NCBI RefSeq assembly: GCF_048593235.1
Contig: NC_133619.1
Location: 9,996,454 to 10,060,453, forward strand
From: Sminthopsis crassicaudata
Taxonomy: Eukaryota
DNA length: 64,000 bases
Direction: 5' to 3'
Below are positions 10,300 through 22,328 of this stretch, piece after piece. The position numbers and the translations under genes were made by a program. How positions within the stretch are numbered: position 1 is the stretch's first letter; every line of letters begins with the position of its first letter. Under the pieces are notes generated by a model. It worked only from the letters and a program-made list of their open reading frames with translations. It had not been told where the DNA came from and did not search any database.

Positions 10300-12480
10300 C
10301 GTACTGACCATGGTCCTGGACCAGGCCCCGCTCTCGGCTCGGAGGACGCGGAAGCTGGAGAGGAGACGGTTTTAAGGGTCTCCCAGGACCGGGCCGGAGG
10401 TGGGGCCTGAACTTCTCCGGACCCTCGGGCCCGTCTCAGATCCACAGAGCAGCCCGGGCCGGGCGGGGGTCCCAACAGAGGCGAGAATGGGCGCAGACAA
10501 GGCCCGCCCGCATCCCCGGGAGGGAAGCTCCCTTCTCTGCGGAGGAGAGGGGCCCGGAAGGCCGAGGGCTCGGGCCGAAGGGCGCCCCCCACCCAGCCCC
10601 GCGGACGCCCCTGCATCTGGGCCCAGCTCTGGGCAGGATCGGCGCCCCTTCCCCCCTCTCCTCAGGCTGTGGGGCCGTGCCGGCCTCCCCCTGTCCCGGG
10701 GATGGAGCCGGGCCCGCGGCTGGGACCGGAGGGGGTCGGGGCGCACCATCCAGACGGGGCCGAACACGTGCTCCGCCGCCCGGCCCGCCCCGGGACAAGC
10801 TGGTCCTGAGGGGCCGCGGGCGCGGCTCCCCCGGAACCCAACTCCTCGGGGCGGGGCTGCACCGGGGCCCCCAGAGGCTGCAATCGGAAGGATCGGGGAT
10901 GCCGGCACAGCCCGTGCTCCCGGGGAGGGAGAGGCGCCGGACAGCCGGACGCGGCCCAGACCCCCCGTCCCGGCATCTCTGGGCAGGTTCTCGGATCTGG
11001 GTCTGCTGGGGGGCCTCCGGCCACCGGGACCCCGCGAGGAGGAGTCCGGCGTTCTCCCCCCCCCCCCCCCCGTCCCGGTCCGGCCTAGCGGAGCTCCCCC
11101 GGCACCCCCGCTGAGCACACCTCCCCAACCCCCACCGAGGCCGGTCACCCCCCCCACCCCGTCCTATCGATCTCCTCCCTCTGGCCCCGTCCCGCGGCTC
11201 CCCCCGGCTTCGAGCTCAGGGTTCCCGCCTCGGCCTTTGGGCCTCAGTTTCCCCGGCTGCCCGTCACCTTTCTCGGGGATAGGTCTCTCCGCCGCCGTTC
11301 TCCCCGGTGACAGGCAGGGTCCCCGAGCCTGACCGCACCGCGGGGAGCGCCGCCGCCCCCTCCATGCTGGAGCCCACTGGGGCTGAGGCGGGCACGGGCG
11401 CGCGCCTCGGGGGAGCCCCTCTACGCGCACACGGCCGACCTCGCCGAGCCTGGGCTGACAGTTGGAGAGGAGGGGCCGCCGATTGGCAGAGGGCCACCCT
11501 TGCAACCAATCACCACCCGGCTTCCCTACCCTTCCCCCCACCCTCCTTTCTCAGGGCCCACCCCCCTGGCAGCCCAGAGAAGGAGGACGGGTATCGATGG
11601 GAGAGATGATTGGCGGATAGTAACCCTTCCAGCCAATCACAGTTCTTCCATCGACTTTTCTCCCCGCCTCCCCTCCAGACCTGTCTGGATAGACGTACAA
11701 AGCCACGGTCAAAGCCTGGATTGGTCGGTGACCACCATTCTAGCCAATCACTGCCGCGCCCTTCTTGCCTCGAGACTGTTAGATTCAGACTAGCGAGGGA
11801 GGAGAAAGAACTGTGAAAATTCTCGATCCGAGATATGATTGGCTAGTCTTGCCACTACATCAGCCAATCGTCACGAGGCTCTTCATATTTCCCTCCCCCC
11901 CTCGCGGAGGCAGAGAGGGGAACCAAAGGGACAGCGCGATGATTGGTCAGCGTGGAGAGCTCGGCCAATCAGAGCTCGTACCGAGGATTCGCACGCCTGC
12001 CTGTCTACACTCATTCTAAAAAACCCTGGAAATTGACCGGAGTCCGGGGCTCAGCATCCCCGCGCTGCGGCCGTGGCGTGGGGAGCGCTTCGTGGGCAGC
12101 AGGACTGGGCGTCCCGAGCTGGAGCCGCCGGCCGGCTCGCACTCAGCACGCCCGCGGCCGAATCCGCTCTTTCCCTTCCGATCCCTCTGCTGGGCGTCAC
12201 CATTCTCCCGCCCCGGGTCCTCGCCCTGCAGGGGCTCGCGCCGCTCCTCTCTCGCCCCGCCCCTGACTCTCCGCTCGAGACTTGTCCGTCCGAAGCCCTT
12301 TGCGGACTCTTCCGGTCAGGAGAGCGGACAGAACAGAAGTCTTGTGGAGACGGACTCATGGGAGCGACTAACCCGGGCTATTGGGAAAGTGAGGTCCCGC
12401 CCGCACCGAGCTTCAGCAGCCGGAGATCTCCCGGTTTAAGGTTTCTATAGACATCCTCCCCCTGCCTGCGGACAGGCTCC
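10300..12480. promoter_or_regulatory. CpG island and promoter of SCLY, with ten CCAAT boxes; probably bidirectional
   Basis: High CpG density flanks SCLY exon 1; ATTGG/CCAAT pentamers at 11482, 11506, 11609, 11633, 11720, 11744, 11838, 11864, 11942, 11965. Confidence 0.8.
11268..11365 (-). CDS. SCLY: Selenocysteine lyase, coding exon 1 (MEGAAALPAVRSGSGTLPVTGENGGGETYPRER)
   Basis: ATG at 11365 inside a CpG island; ends GAA AG|GTGACG. The phase-2 junction joins exon 2 to give ...PRERKIYMD, matching human ...SPERKVYMD. Confidence 0.85.
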
Positions 12481-12800
12481 TCCTGACGGCGGCTCCAGTG
12501 CTCGGGGCTCGGTCAGGGAGCCGAATGAGATGGGGCTCCTGCTGGTCGGGAGGGATGAGGGAGGCAGGTTCGCGGTCAGGGACCCAAATGCAGAGGTTTG
12601 GCTCCCCTAAACCCCTCGGAGTTCGGCGCGTGGGGGGGGGGGGTTGGGGAGCCCCCTCTGGCGGCGCAGACCCGACCGGCTGGACTGATGAAAAGATTAC
12701 TATGGCTTTGGGAGGCCGGACTTTGCATGAATAGAATGGCTGAATCCTCAGTGGAGGAGTCCCGACTGAGAGAGAAAGTAGTGGAGGAGTCCCGCTGTGG

Positions 12801-12995
12801 GTAGAGAGATAAAGTCTCTAATAGAGAGATAAAGTCTCTAATAGAGAGATAAAGTCTCTAGTAGAGAGATAAAGTCTCTAGTGGAGAGATAAAGTCTCTA
12901 GTGGAGAGATAAAGTCTCCAGTGGAGAAATAAAGTCTCTAGAAGAGATAAAGTCTCCCTTGGAGAGATAAAGTCTCTAGAAGAGATAAAGTCTCT
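12801..12995. repeat. Tandem array of about 10 copies of a 20-bp unit, RTRGAGAGATAAAGTCTCTA (the last three are shortened)
   Basis: Read directly; the first seven units are in exact 20-bp register from 12801. Confidence 0.97.
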
Positions 12996-13619
12996 GGGGA
13001 ACTGGCCAGACAAAGAGTGGGTGACGCTGGCAGTCCTCCTAATAAAAGTCCTCCTTGATTCTTTGACTCCTGCCACTGTAAAGACCCCGTGGGAGTAGGA
13101 ACAGCTTCATTGTTATCTGGGTGGGGCTGGTTGGGTCCAGAGCCGGAGAATTATTAGACTTTCCAGACTCCCTTTGTCACTAAGGGGGCATTATGTCAAT
13201 TTGCACATCTCTAGTGTACATCAGATAAATACTAAATTAAATATTTAATAATGCTGGCCTCAGACACTTTTCATTAATTTTTTTTTTCCTTAAAAAGAGC
13301 CATTCTTGACACGTAATTGGTTCAGGGAACTAGCGGCGCCAGCGGCTGCCAGAGTTTCCTGATGGCTTTGGGGGCAGAAGCCCCACTCTGGGTCCTCCTT
13401 TGGGTTACTGATCACTGTCACCGGAGTCCCCGCCAAGCAGGGAAGCTACTGAAACGGACGCAGGGACTGATGGGATGAAGTCGTTCTCAGTATTCAGTCA
13501 CATGGTCCCTGTTCCCAGAGCTGGGACCTTGGGGAGGTCATTTGATCTCCCGAAAATGAACCTTGAACCTGGAGATACAGGAAGTGATGGGGTCTGCGGG
13601 AGGCAGCCAGCGTTGGTGA

Positions 13620-15800
13620 CCATTGGTCAAGGATGGGCACGTCCTTTTAGTCTACCCATTGAGAAGGCTCGCTTTTGCTTTTAAACCTTGGACAAGCCGG
13701 AAGCTGGCCAGGTTCCAGGCCATGGTGGAGTTGGGACGGCTCCCAGGTGGGTCTGGGCCTCTCCCTGCAGGGACTAAATAAATGCGTTCTTTGCACCTGA
13801 AGATGTCTCTGATTAGTTCATTGGGAAGGATGTCCTGCACCTCAGTCCCACACAGTAAGGAGAAGCCAGCCACCATCATGATGTAAGCCTGCAGCACCCC
13901 TGAAACACTCAAGGCTTAGGGGCTGTGGGACCCAGCAGAGACGGCCACATGGGCTGGGAGGCCCTTCCAGGAGATGTCCCGGGCCTGCTGGCCGCCCGAA
14001 CTCTAGGCTGGCCCCAGCAGCACAGGCAAGGCCAAGCAAGTATCCTATGGAACCCAAGGATGTTCTCCTTGCCCCGAGCTGTTGGAGGAGCCGTTCTGAG
14101 GGGCTTCTAGGACACCAAGAGGTCAGGGAGGGGACCTAAAGGAAGTCAGGAGGAGAACGGACCCTTGAGTGCCGGCTGATGTTCGAGAGGAACCTTTCAT
14201 TCTGTCTGTCAATGAGGCAAGCCTTTGGAGTTTAACTCAGTTCTAGGACCTGACCAGTGCTTCTTCAAACAAATTGATGCCCTGGCTTTCGGTTGGCCGT
14301 GGTGTCTCCGAGCTGTGGCTGCTACAGCCCTCTTAATTGAGGAAGCCGCTACACTCCCTCTTGGCCAGTCTCTGGAGGTCCCCACTCCCCACGGGGTCCA
14401 GACATTCTGGAAGCTAAAGGCCATTGGTGGCTGCCCAGTGGAAAGCTTCCACAGCAGGCCCTGCTGCTGGACGCTGCTCTGAGCGTGCCCGCTCTCAGTC
14501 CAGCCCCCTGTTTCCTGACAGCACATGTGCCATTATTCATAGTTGTGAGGCACTTTAGGTGCTGGCTACTCCAGCTGCCCTGACTTAAGGGACATTCCAC
14601 TTGGCAACCCCCATGGATGAATAGTCTATTTATATTGTTTTGTTGAAATTGGGAAAAAGAGGGCAGCTAGATGNNNNNNNNNNNNNNNNNNNNNNNNNNN
14701 NNNNNNNNNNNNNNNNNNNNNNNNNNNNNNNNNNNNNNNNNNNNNNNNNNNNNNNNNNNNNNNNNNNNNNNNNNNNNNNNNNNNNNNNNNNNNNNNNNNN
14801 NNNNNNNNNNNNNNNNNNNNNNNNNNNNNNNNNNNNNNNNNNNNNNNNNNNNNNNNNNNNNNNNNNNNNNNNNNNNNNNNNNNNNNNNNNNNNNNNNNNN
14901 NNNNNNNNNNNNNNNNNNNNNNNNNNNNNNNNNNNNNNNNNNNNNNNNNNNNNNNNNNNNNNNNNNNNNNNNNNNAGTTTCTCTGTGGTCAGCCTTAATA
15001 GCACTTTAGAGGCATTCCCCTTGAGACCTCTGCAGGGAGGGGACCTCATTGCCCTCAGCCAAGCTTTAGAACTAAGGAAAGGACTGAGAGCTAACATCTG
15101 TGCTGATCCCAAATGTGCCTTTTATATTTTACATGCCCATGGGGTCATATGGAAAGAATGGGGATTTTTGACATTAAACATTGCCCTATTAAGCATGCAA
15201 AGGAAATCTCACAGCAGCAACATCCACCAGCCTAGAAAATTCTATTATATTTTGTAAAGGACATCAGAAGGGGGCTCCCTTTGAGCCAGGGGTGACAGCT
15301 GGCAGAGTCGGCCATCAGAGCTGCTGCACGGTTGACCCTACCCATGGCCCTGCCCCAGCTCCCTGACTCATCTGTCCAAGAACAGGCCTTGCTAAGGGGA
15401 GGGGATTTACTCTTTCTCCCTCTTGATTGATGGTTTCAAACACTCTCAAGCCAGCTTTGAATCCCAGAAGTCAGCCAATGGAAGCTACTCCCTTTGGTGA
15501 AAAATGCTTTTCATTCCCTTATAAACATAATTAGTCACAAACTAGGAAAAACCACTAGACAGGTTTGTCATGCCCAAGTAAACCCTGAAGGGGCCTTTAG
15601 CTCCCCCCACCCCTCCCTTTTCCATATCCAGGTGAGGACGGCCAGGTAAACTTGACCCATTCCCCGAAAAGAGCTTTCCGTTCGCTTCTGGTTTTTGTTG
15701 GGTTAGAGGCCTTGCAAGCCAGAAAAAGCCCAGGTAGTATTGAGGTACTTCCTAAGAGAAATTACACCTGACTCCGGCCCATCTGGCTCCCTGCAAAGCC
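13620..15800 (+). mobile_element. Degraded ERV1/gamma-like endogenous retrovirus pol (RT remnant, tether, RNase H, integrase N-term/core)
   Basis: Colinear motifs across frameshifts: LLAART (13985), LRGF (14096), PFILSVNE (14193), GWPWCLRAVAATALL (about 14291-14335), LIALSQALEL..NICADPKCAFYILHAHGVIWKEWGFLT (about 15045-15175), CKGHQKG (15253), YPGEDxQVxLTH (15625), LLVFV (15685), LREITP..SLQS (15750-15798). The left boundary is uncertain. Confidence 0.85.
14674..14975. other. Assembly gap (302 N), inside the ERV relic
   Basis: N run. Confidence 1.
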
Positions 15801-16196
15801 CCGAAGATGGAGGCCAGGAAGATGGAGTTTGTGAGGACAGCCAGAGGGCCTCGACCCTGGACCAAGGAACAGACCAAAAGAGTAAGAAAGACAGAAGGGG
15901 CTGGGCTAGAAAGGGCTTTGAACGTCCGAGAATATTCTCCAGAGGTGTTGGAGGTCAGGGAGCTGCGGGAAGTTAGAGAGTAAATAATTAGAAGTGATCA
16001 CACATTCAGAAGAACTTTGGTGGCAGAAAGAAGGATGGATTTTTTGGGGGGGAACACCAGGTAGACCACTCCCCCCCCTGCAGGATACTGTAATAGTTCA
16101 GGTGTGAGTCAGTAGTATCTGCATCAGGGTGAGGAAAGAAGGGGGCACTTTCAGGAGATGGTGCAGATAAAATGGACAGATAAAAAAATCAGATAT

Positions 16197-16343
16197 GGGG
16201 CAGCTGGGTAGTATAGTGGTTAGAGCACCAGCCCTGAAGTCAGGAGGACCTGAGTTCAAATGTGATCTCAGATACTTAACCGTCCTAGCTGTGTGACCCT
16301 GGGCAAGTCACTACACCCCAACTGCCTCTGGAAAAAGAGAGAG
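16197..16343 (+). mobile_element. WSINE1-like marsupial SINE with target-site duplication, inserted in an L2-like fragment
   Basis: ggggcagctgggtagtatagtggttagagcacc...gagttcaaat...gaccctgggcaagtcac; TSD ATCAGATAT at 16188-16196 and 16344-16352. Confidence 0.9.
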
Positions 16344-17939
16344 ATCAGATATGGGGAGTGAAGGAGTGAGAAGGTTCCCAGGTTTTGAGCCTGAGAACCT
16401 GGGAGCACGGTAGGGTCCTTTACAGTAACAGGGAAGGTGGGAGAGAAAGGTAATTTAAAGGTGAAGATATTAAATTCTGTTGGGGCCATATTGAATTTGA
16501 GATAGGAGCATAAAGGGAATGTAATCAGCTAATTAGAACCACACTGAGAGACTTTGCTAGCTAGATTAAGAGAAGCCACTAAACACACTTCACTTGGCCG
16601 AGTCTGCCATAAAACCAGAGAAACATGGGGTTAACAAGGTGGGATCCACAACCTTGAGATGACCGTGAAAGGTCATTCGGGTCAAGGGCCATCTTCCTCT
16701 GGACCCCAAGGCCTGCCCCTGGAGCACTGCCCATGTCAATCCCAGTTTCCTCAGTGACTCCCAGTGACTGTCCCAGTGCTCCCTGTTCTGCCTGCCTCTA
16801 TTCTCTGGGGGTAACATGGAGGCCTGGGCACTGGGGGGGAGCCAGATACCCTGGGAGCTTACCTCAGGAAGAGCTAGGCCTTTGGGAGGAAGGGATGGGC
16901 ATTTATTTGGTTTCCATAATTGTGAAAATTAAATTGGAAAAATAAGACAAATTAGAAAGTTGAAACCCTCGGGGACGTTAAAGATTAATCAAGGGTGGAG
17001 GCTAGTTATCCCCCCCCCCCAAACAATGTAAACTCCTCGAGGGCAGGGGCTGACTCCTGTAATCAGGGGTGGGGGCCAGGAATTTGAAAAGGATCTCTAG
17101 TTCTTTCCTCCAGCTAGAAAGTCAGCTCCAGGGGGCAGGGACTGGCTGTGTGATGAAACATCCAATTAATGGAGAATTGGGAGGAGCGGGAGAACTGCTC
17201 TCCTGGACCGGAAATCAAGTCAGGCCTTTGAGTTTCCAAGTTGTGGCACCTCACCTGGGCCCCCACTCTGCAATCTGCCCCAGTGAGCAGTGAGTCACTG
17301 GAGTTCTGGGTAAGATTTTCTTTCTTACATACATGAAGTGGGAGAGGAAATCATTTTAGATGAAGTTACCTCCGGACTATGCATTTCAGAGGGCATGGCG
17401 GAAGGACTGGATGGTGTTTTGTTGAAACTTTGGGGAGTGTTGAGGATGCTGGGAATAAAGAATTAGGTGATAGACGGGTGGAACAGAAGACTTGGGGATG
17501 CTCTGCAATAGTGGGAATCATTGGTACATAAAGGGGAGAAGGAGACAGGGAGGAGAATGTTCATCTCTGAGTGGGGGGAGCCATTCCTTTTCCCAGCATC
17601 CACAGGCTGTGGTCAAACAGCTAAAATGATCAGGGGCGAGGTCCCTTCGGAGCTATCCTAGCTTGCCCTGTTCTCAGACCTGAACAACAACTCTAGAGTG
17701 GTTTTACTTCTTGTATCTGTGGACAGTTCATTTATTCAATAATTCATTTCATCTGGCATTTATTAAGCACCGACTATGTTCCGGGCTCTGTGCTAGGTGG
17801 CAGGGAGTCACTCACAAGTGAAACAAGCCCTGCCCTCCAAGGGCCTTCCAATTGACCTGGGCTGGGTAAATTGTCCACACATGTCAGAAGCAGTCTCACT
17901 TTGGTGTCAGGTAATCTACAGCCTGTGGTTCTGGTAGAC

Positions 17940-18295
17940 TTTGGACTTCACTTTGGGCCCAGCTTCTGCCTTCAGCCAGGAATACATTGCATAGAATAAC
18001 AGCAAGATTGTGCGGTGATCAATTTTCAAAGGCTTGGTTCTTCTCAGTGGTTCAAAACAATCGCCATAGATTTTGGAGAGAAAATGCCATCTGCAGCCAG
18101 AAAAAGAACTAAGGAGACACATGTAAATCAACTATGTAAATCAACACAAACTCTGTTGACTTTTTTTCTTTTTTTTTTTTTTTTTTAATCTTTCCCATGG
18201 TTTTTCCTTTTTGTTCTGATTTTCCTCTCTCTACATAATTCCTAAAGCAATGTGGATTAGAAATAAACCAAAAAAAGAAATGCTTTTCCACTGAT
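17940..18295 (+). mobile_element. LINE-1 3' fragment
   Basis: The reverse complement closely resembles the L1 copy at 39460-39620 (ttagttctttttct..gcagatggcattttct). Confidence 0.65.
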
Positions 18296-18619
18296 TTGAA
18301 AATGTAGAGGTTCTCAGTTCACTGAAAAAAACATCTAAAGAATTCAACAGAAGGTCTCTTAAGAGGGGGGGCAATTGTACCAGCAGAGAAGCTTTCTGGC
18401 CTTGGTGGGAAAGAATCCAAAAGAGAGACCCTTCCCCATGCTAAAGGACTGTGTGATGGAGAAAGAGTGGAGACAGGTTCTTCTGTGAAGTATTGCTGCC
18501 ACCTGCAGGAAACACTGTAAAAGGAACTCTTACAATGGTCCCAAAGACACCCCCCCCACCTCATTTCAAAGACATAGTAATGCCACAGGATCTGATGCAG
18601 CAGGTGCTACTTTCAGGGA

Positions 18620-18882
18620 ATTTTTTATTTAATTTTATTTATTATAAAAAATAATAAATAAATGTTATTTGTCATAACAAATAATAAACAAATATATTAT
18701 TTATTATAATAAATTAATTATAACAAATGATAAAATATATTATAACAAATAATACATGTTATTTATTATAATAATTTATTTAAATGTTATTATAATAAAT
18801 AACTGTGTTATTTATTATTGTAAATGATAAATATATTATTTGTAATAATAAATAATAAATAGATATATTATTTATTACTATA
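18620..18882. repeat. AT-rich low-complexity tract
   Basis: Degenerate ataataaat/tattatttatt repeats. Confidence 0.9.
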
Positions 18883-19734
18883 TCTTTAAACCTGCTTTCT
18901 GGAGTTCATACTGTCATCAGAACTGAAGTCTCATCGTCTGCTTTGCCTTTTGGCGCCCTATTTTGTAACTGGACCTTTTGTTCCCAGACAAGAACTGTCT
19001 CCTCGTACTCCAGATGATAGCTCTCCCTAACCTGAGATCTGCATTTTGTTCTTTGTTTTAAATACGTTATTCCTTGTATTTCAGTATAATCGGCTTTCCT
19101 GTAATCATAGGAGTTACTTTTTGCATCTAAATAAGGGGACCACTATCCTTAGCCTGCTGGCCAGTTGTCACTGAGATCTGGAACCAAAGAAGTTCAGAAC
19201 TCCAGGACCAAACTTTTGCACCTTCTCTGACGCTTTCCAATTTTGTGCCTGTGGAGGAGCCATCCAATTGGACTGCCTCAGTTTCCTTAATTACAAAATG
19301 AGGACAATGGCTTTTTGTTCACCATCCCACATGGCCGCTGGGAAGAAAGCACCCATGAAAACGGGGGCTCTGAGGGTGAGCTCCGACTCCTGCCAGCCTT
19401 AGGAAGGTTTGCCTAGGGAGCGGGCGCTGCCCGTTGGAACCAAGTCACCCACACCAGACACAAAAGGGAGCTCAAAGGCCCACTATTTTTTCCTCTCAGA
19501 CACATAGTAGGAAGGGGTCTCCCCACAAGTGAATATTCCTCAGGCCAAATTTGCCTCAATTATTACTCTGAAATCCCCAAGAATCTCCTGAGCATTAAGA
19601 AGACTCCAGTACTTTAGGCTGGTCTCACTTGGTCCTTGATACTTTACTCCTCTTTGTCCCCCCGGCCTCCATACAGACTCCAGTCCGTCTGAGCTGCAAG
19701 GCTGGCTTTTGTCTTGTCCAGTTCTTACTTTCAC

Positions 19735-19850
19735 ACACAGAGAAAAAAGACAGAGACAGACAGACACAGAGAAATAGAAACATAGAGACAAATAGAGAAA
19801 AGAGACAGACACAAAGAAAACAGAGACAGAGACACAGAGAGAGAGAGAAA
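19735..19850. repeat. Degenerate (AGAC/AG)n microsatellite
   Basis: Read directly. Confidence 0.85.
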
Positions 19851-20477
19851 GGGAAAGAGAGTCCTGCTCTTAAGCAGCTTGCCCTCTAATGTGTGGGGAG
19901 ACTACACAGAAAAGGGAACTGAAAATGGGTGGGGAAAAGAAGTTCCTTATGAGTGGCAATGACTAGAGAAGCCCAGCTAGGGGAGAGGGGAACCCTACAG
20001 GCTTTGATCTCCCTTTTACTCTTGACTCATACTTGACCGAGCCTATATTGGCCCTAAGCTAGCTCCCCAGACTTGAAGCATGCTATTTTTCACTTTCATT
20101 TTTCTCTTTTAATTTGTCGTCTTGCACAAAATGACTAATAGGGAAATGTTTGACATAATTGCACATGTATAACCTATATTGATTATTTATTCTCTTGAGG
20201 AGGGAGGAGAGAATGAAGGAAAGAAGGATAACATTTAGAACTCAAAACTTTAAATAAGAATGCTAAAAATCTTTTGGGGAAAGAATATCAATTATTGTCT
20301 CAAGAGAGCTAACAGTAAGTTCTAAAAATCAAAACTTCATGGTTTTAGGTGGGTTTTGTGATTAAGGGTCACTTATCCTTGATGTAGATGAAAAAAATTC
20401 AAGGATCTATATTTTTATATTTCTAGAACAAGCCACCTTCTTAGGTCAGCTCTGAAAAGCTTCCTTCTAGATCTAAT

Positions 20478-20905
20478 TCTTTTTTTAAATAATAGCTTTT
20501 TATTTACAAAATACATGCAAAGATGGTTTTCAACATTCACCCGTGCAAAATCTTGTGTTCCAAATTTTTCTTCCTCCCTTCCCCCATCCCCTCCCTTAGA
20601 TGGCAAGTAGTCCGATATATCCAAACACGTACACTTTTTCTATAAATATATTGCCACAATTATTTTGTTGCACAAGAAAAATCAGATCAAAAAGGAAGAA
20701 AAACGAGAAAGCAAACAAAAAACAAGGAAACAATTAAAAAAAAAAAAAAAGGTGAAACTGCTATGCTGTGATCCCCACTCAGTCCCCACAGTCCTGTCTC
20801 TGGGTGCAGATGGCTCTCTCCATCACAAGTCCATTGGAAATGACACCTCGCTGTTGAAAAGAGCCGAGTCTGCCAGAATGGATCATCTCATAATCTTGTT
20901 GCTGA
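20478..20905 (-). mobile_element. LINE-1 3' end, relatively young, Australian-marsupial type
   Basis: T-rich start, then tttatttacaaaatacatgcaaagatggttttcaacattcaccc...tgtgttccaaatttttc, typical of recalled dasyurid L1 3' UTRs. Confidence 0.75.
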
Positions 20906-22328
20906 ATACAAGGTTTTCTTGGTTTTATTCACTTTTCTAGATCTGCTTCTGCACTCGATATAAAATAGAATCATGTTATAAAGAACACATAATTCACCTG
21001 AAACGCCAGAAAATTTCAGCTGTTGCCTCACGAGGGCCTGAACTGGAAAATGAATCTTTGTCTCTTTATTATTAAATAATTCAACAAAAATTTACATGTA
21101 AAATTCTTAATCTAATTTTGAAAATTGTGTCCCATTTTTCATCAAGTGGCATCTGCCACTACCCTTATGAACATAATGAAAGACCGTAACAGGGCAACCC
21201 CTTGGAAACTAAATAACTCACCAGTTGTGAAGTTTCATGGGCTCTATTATTTTGTGATCATTCAAACTGATTCCTCCCCATCCTAGCAGTTTAACTTAGT
21301 CAAAAATCATCCAGAGGGTTTTAGCTTCTTTTACATTTGTCCTTGCCAAATGAGGAGAAAGGCAGCGATATCAGGAGCATTCGTTTTGTCTGATTTCAGG
21401 CGTGAGTCATGGGCAGCCAATTACATGGCACAATGAATGTCATAATTAGCCTCAGAATTAGCCAGACAGGAAAATATCTTACTCACCGAGACGGAGACCA
21501 GACAAGAGTGTTCCAACTTCACCTTCACAAGGTCATTCTCGTCAGGCCGTTTCCAGAATATCGGGCGGTGAGACCCTTGTCAGAATCCATGCAGATGCTT
21601 GGGTCTATGACATCAGAGGCTTTAGAGCTTGGGAAGAGTTCAGCCTTGGTCAGAGTCTGACTTGGCCCAATAATAATCTTTTTCTGCCTGTGCTCAAGGG
21701 GTCCAAGCCAGCAGATAGACGCCAGTGGAGGTGATTCACAGATACTCACATTTACAAATGGCCATCATGCACGTTGCCCCTGGTGTGTCTGGGATCACCC
21801 ATCATGCTTTGTCACCCAGACCAGGGAGATCCTTTTAGCCTGACATGGAGTTCTCACTTCACAAGTTCATACCCAGTGAATACTTGGTTCATAATAATAT
21901 GAAAACAAAGGGCCTTGCTTTTATAAGGTTTGATACTAAAATTTGCAAAAAGGCATGTAAAATACAGCATCATCGGCTGGGAGACCTTACTTTGAGGACC
22001 CAAAATAATGCGTCAGTGGGAGGGAGTCCCAGAGTAGGAGAAACTAAGGAGTCAGGCAATGGTCACCCGTTGGTCAAGAGGAAGTACAAAAACCAGCTGG
22101 GGGCTCTCCAAGGTATCTCACCCACATTAGGTTTAGACATGGAATTGGGGTAGCGGGATGGAGCTACCTTTGTGGCCATGCAAGTGAGCTTTTAAGCTCA
22201 GAAATAGTGTTTACCTTCGAGGCCCGTTATAAAGGCCTATTATGAGAATCTTCTCATTATCCTTTTTGACTCATGTAAAATGCCAAACTGACACCGATTG
22301 GAAGAGAAGGGCCCAGAGGAATCATTTC

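Noticed and set aside
10372-11332. Long overlapping ORFs (310, 261 and 230 aa) in SCLY intron 1
   Set aside because: Pro/Gly/Arg-rich, open on both strands in a CpG island and lacking any domain; expected from stop-codon scarcity at high GC.
13652-13912. Minus-strand ORF with a protein-like stretch (QDILPNELIRDIFRCKERIYL)
   Set aside because: Antisense to the ERV relic region, does not match UBE2F or other expected neighbours, and has no supporting exons.
14630-15257. ORFs spanning N runs (also 38982-39538, 58762-59400 and 61026-61820)
   Set aside because: Length is an artefact of X codons. Only the RNase H-like part after 14976 is meaningful, and it is reported with the ERV.
21487-21749. 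Minus-strand AG...GTGAGT-bounded 201-bp exon-like segment with a second GTGAGT upstream
   Set aside because: All three frames contain stops, the implied upstream intron is only 62 nt, and the peptide (QKKIIIGPSQTLTKAELFP...) is unrecognised. At most a non-coding exon.
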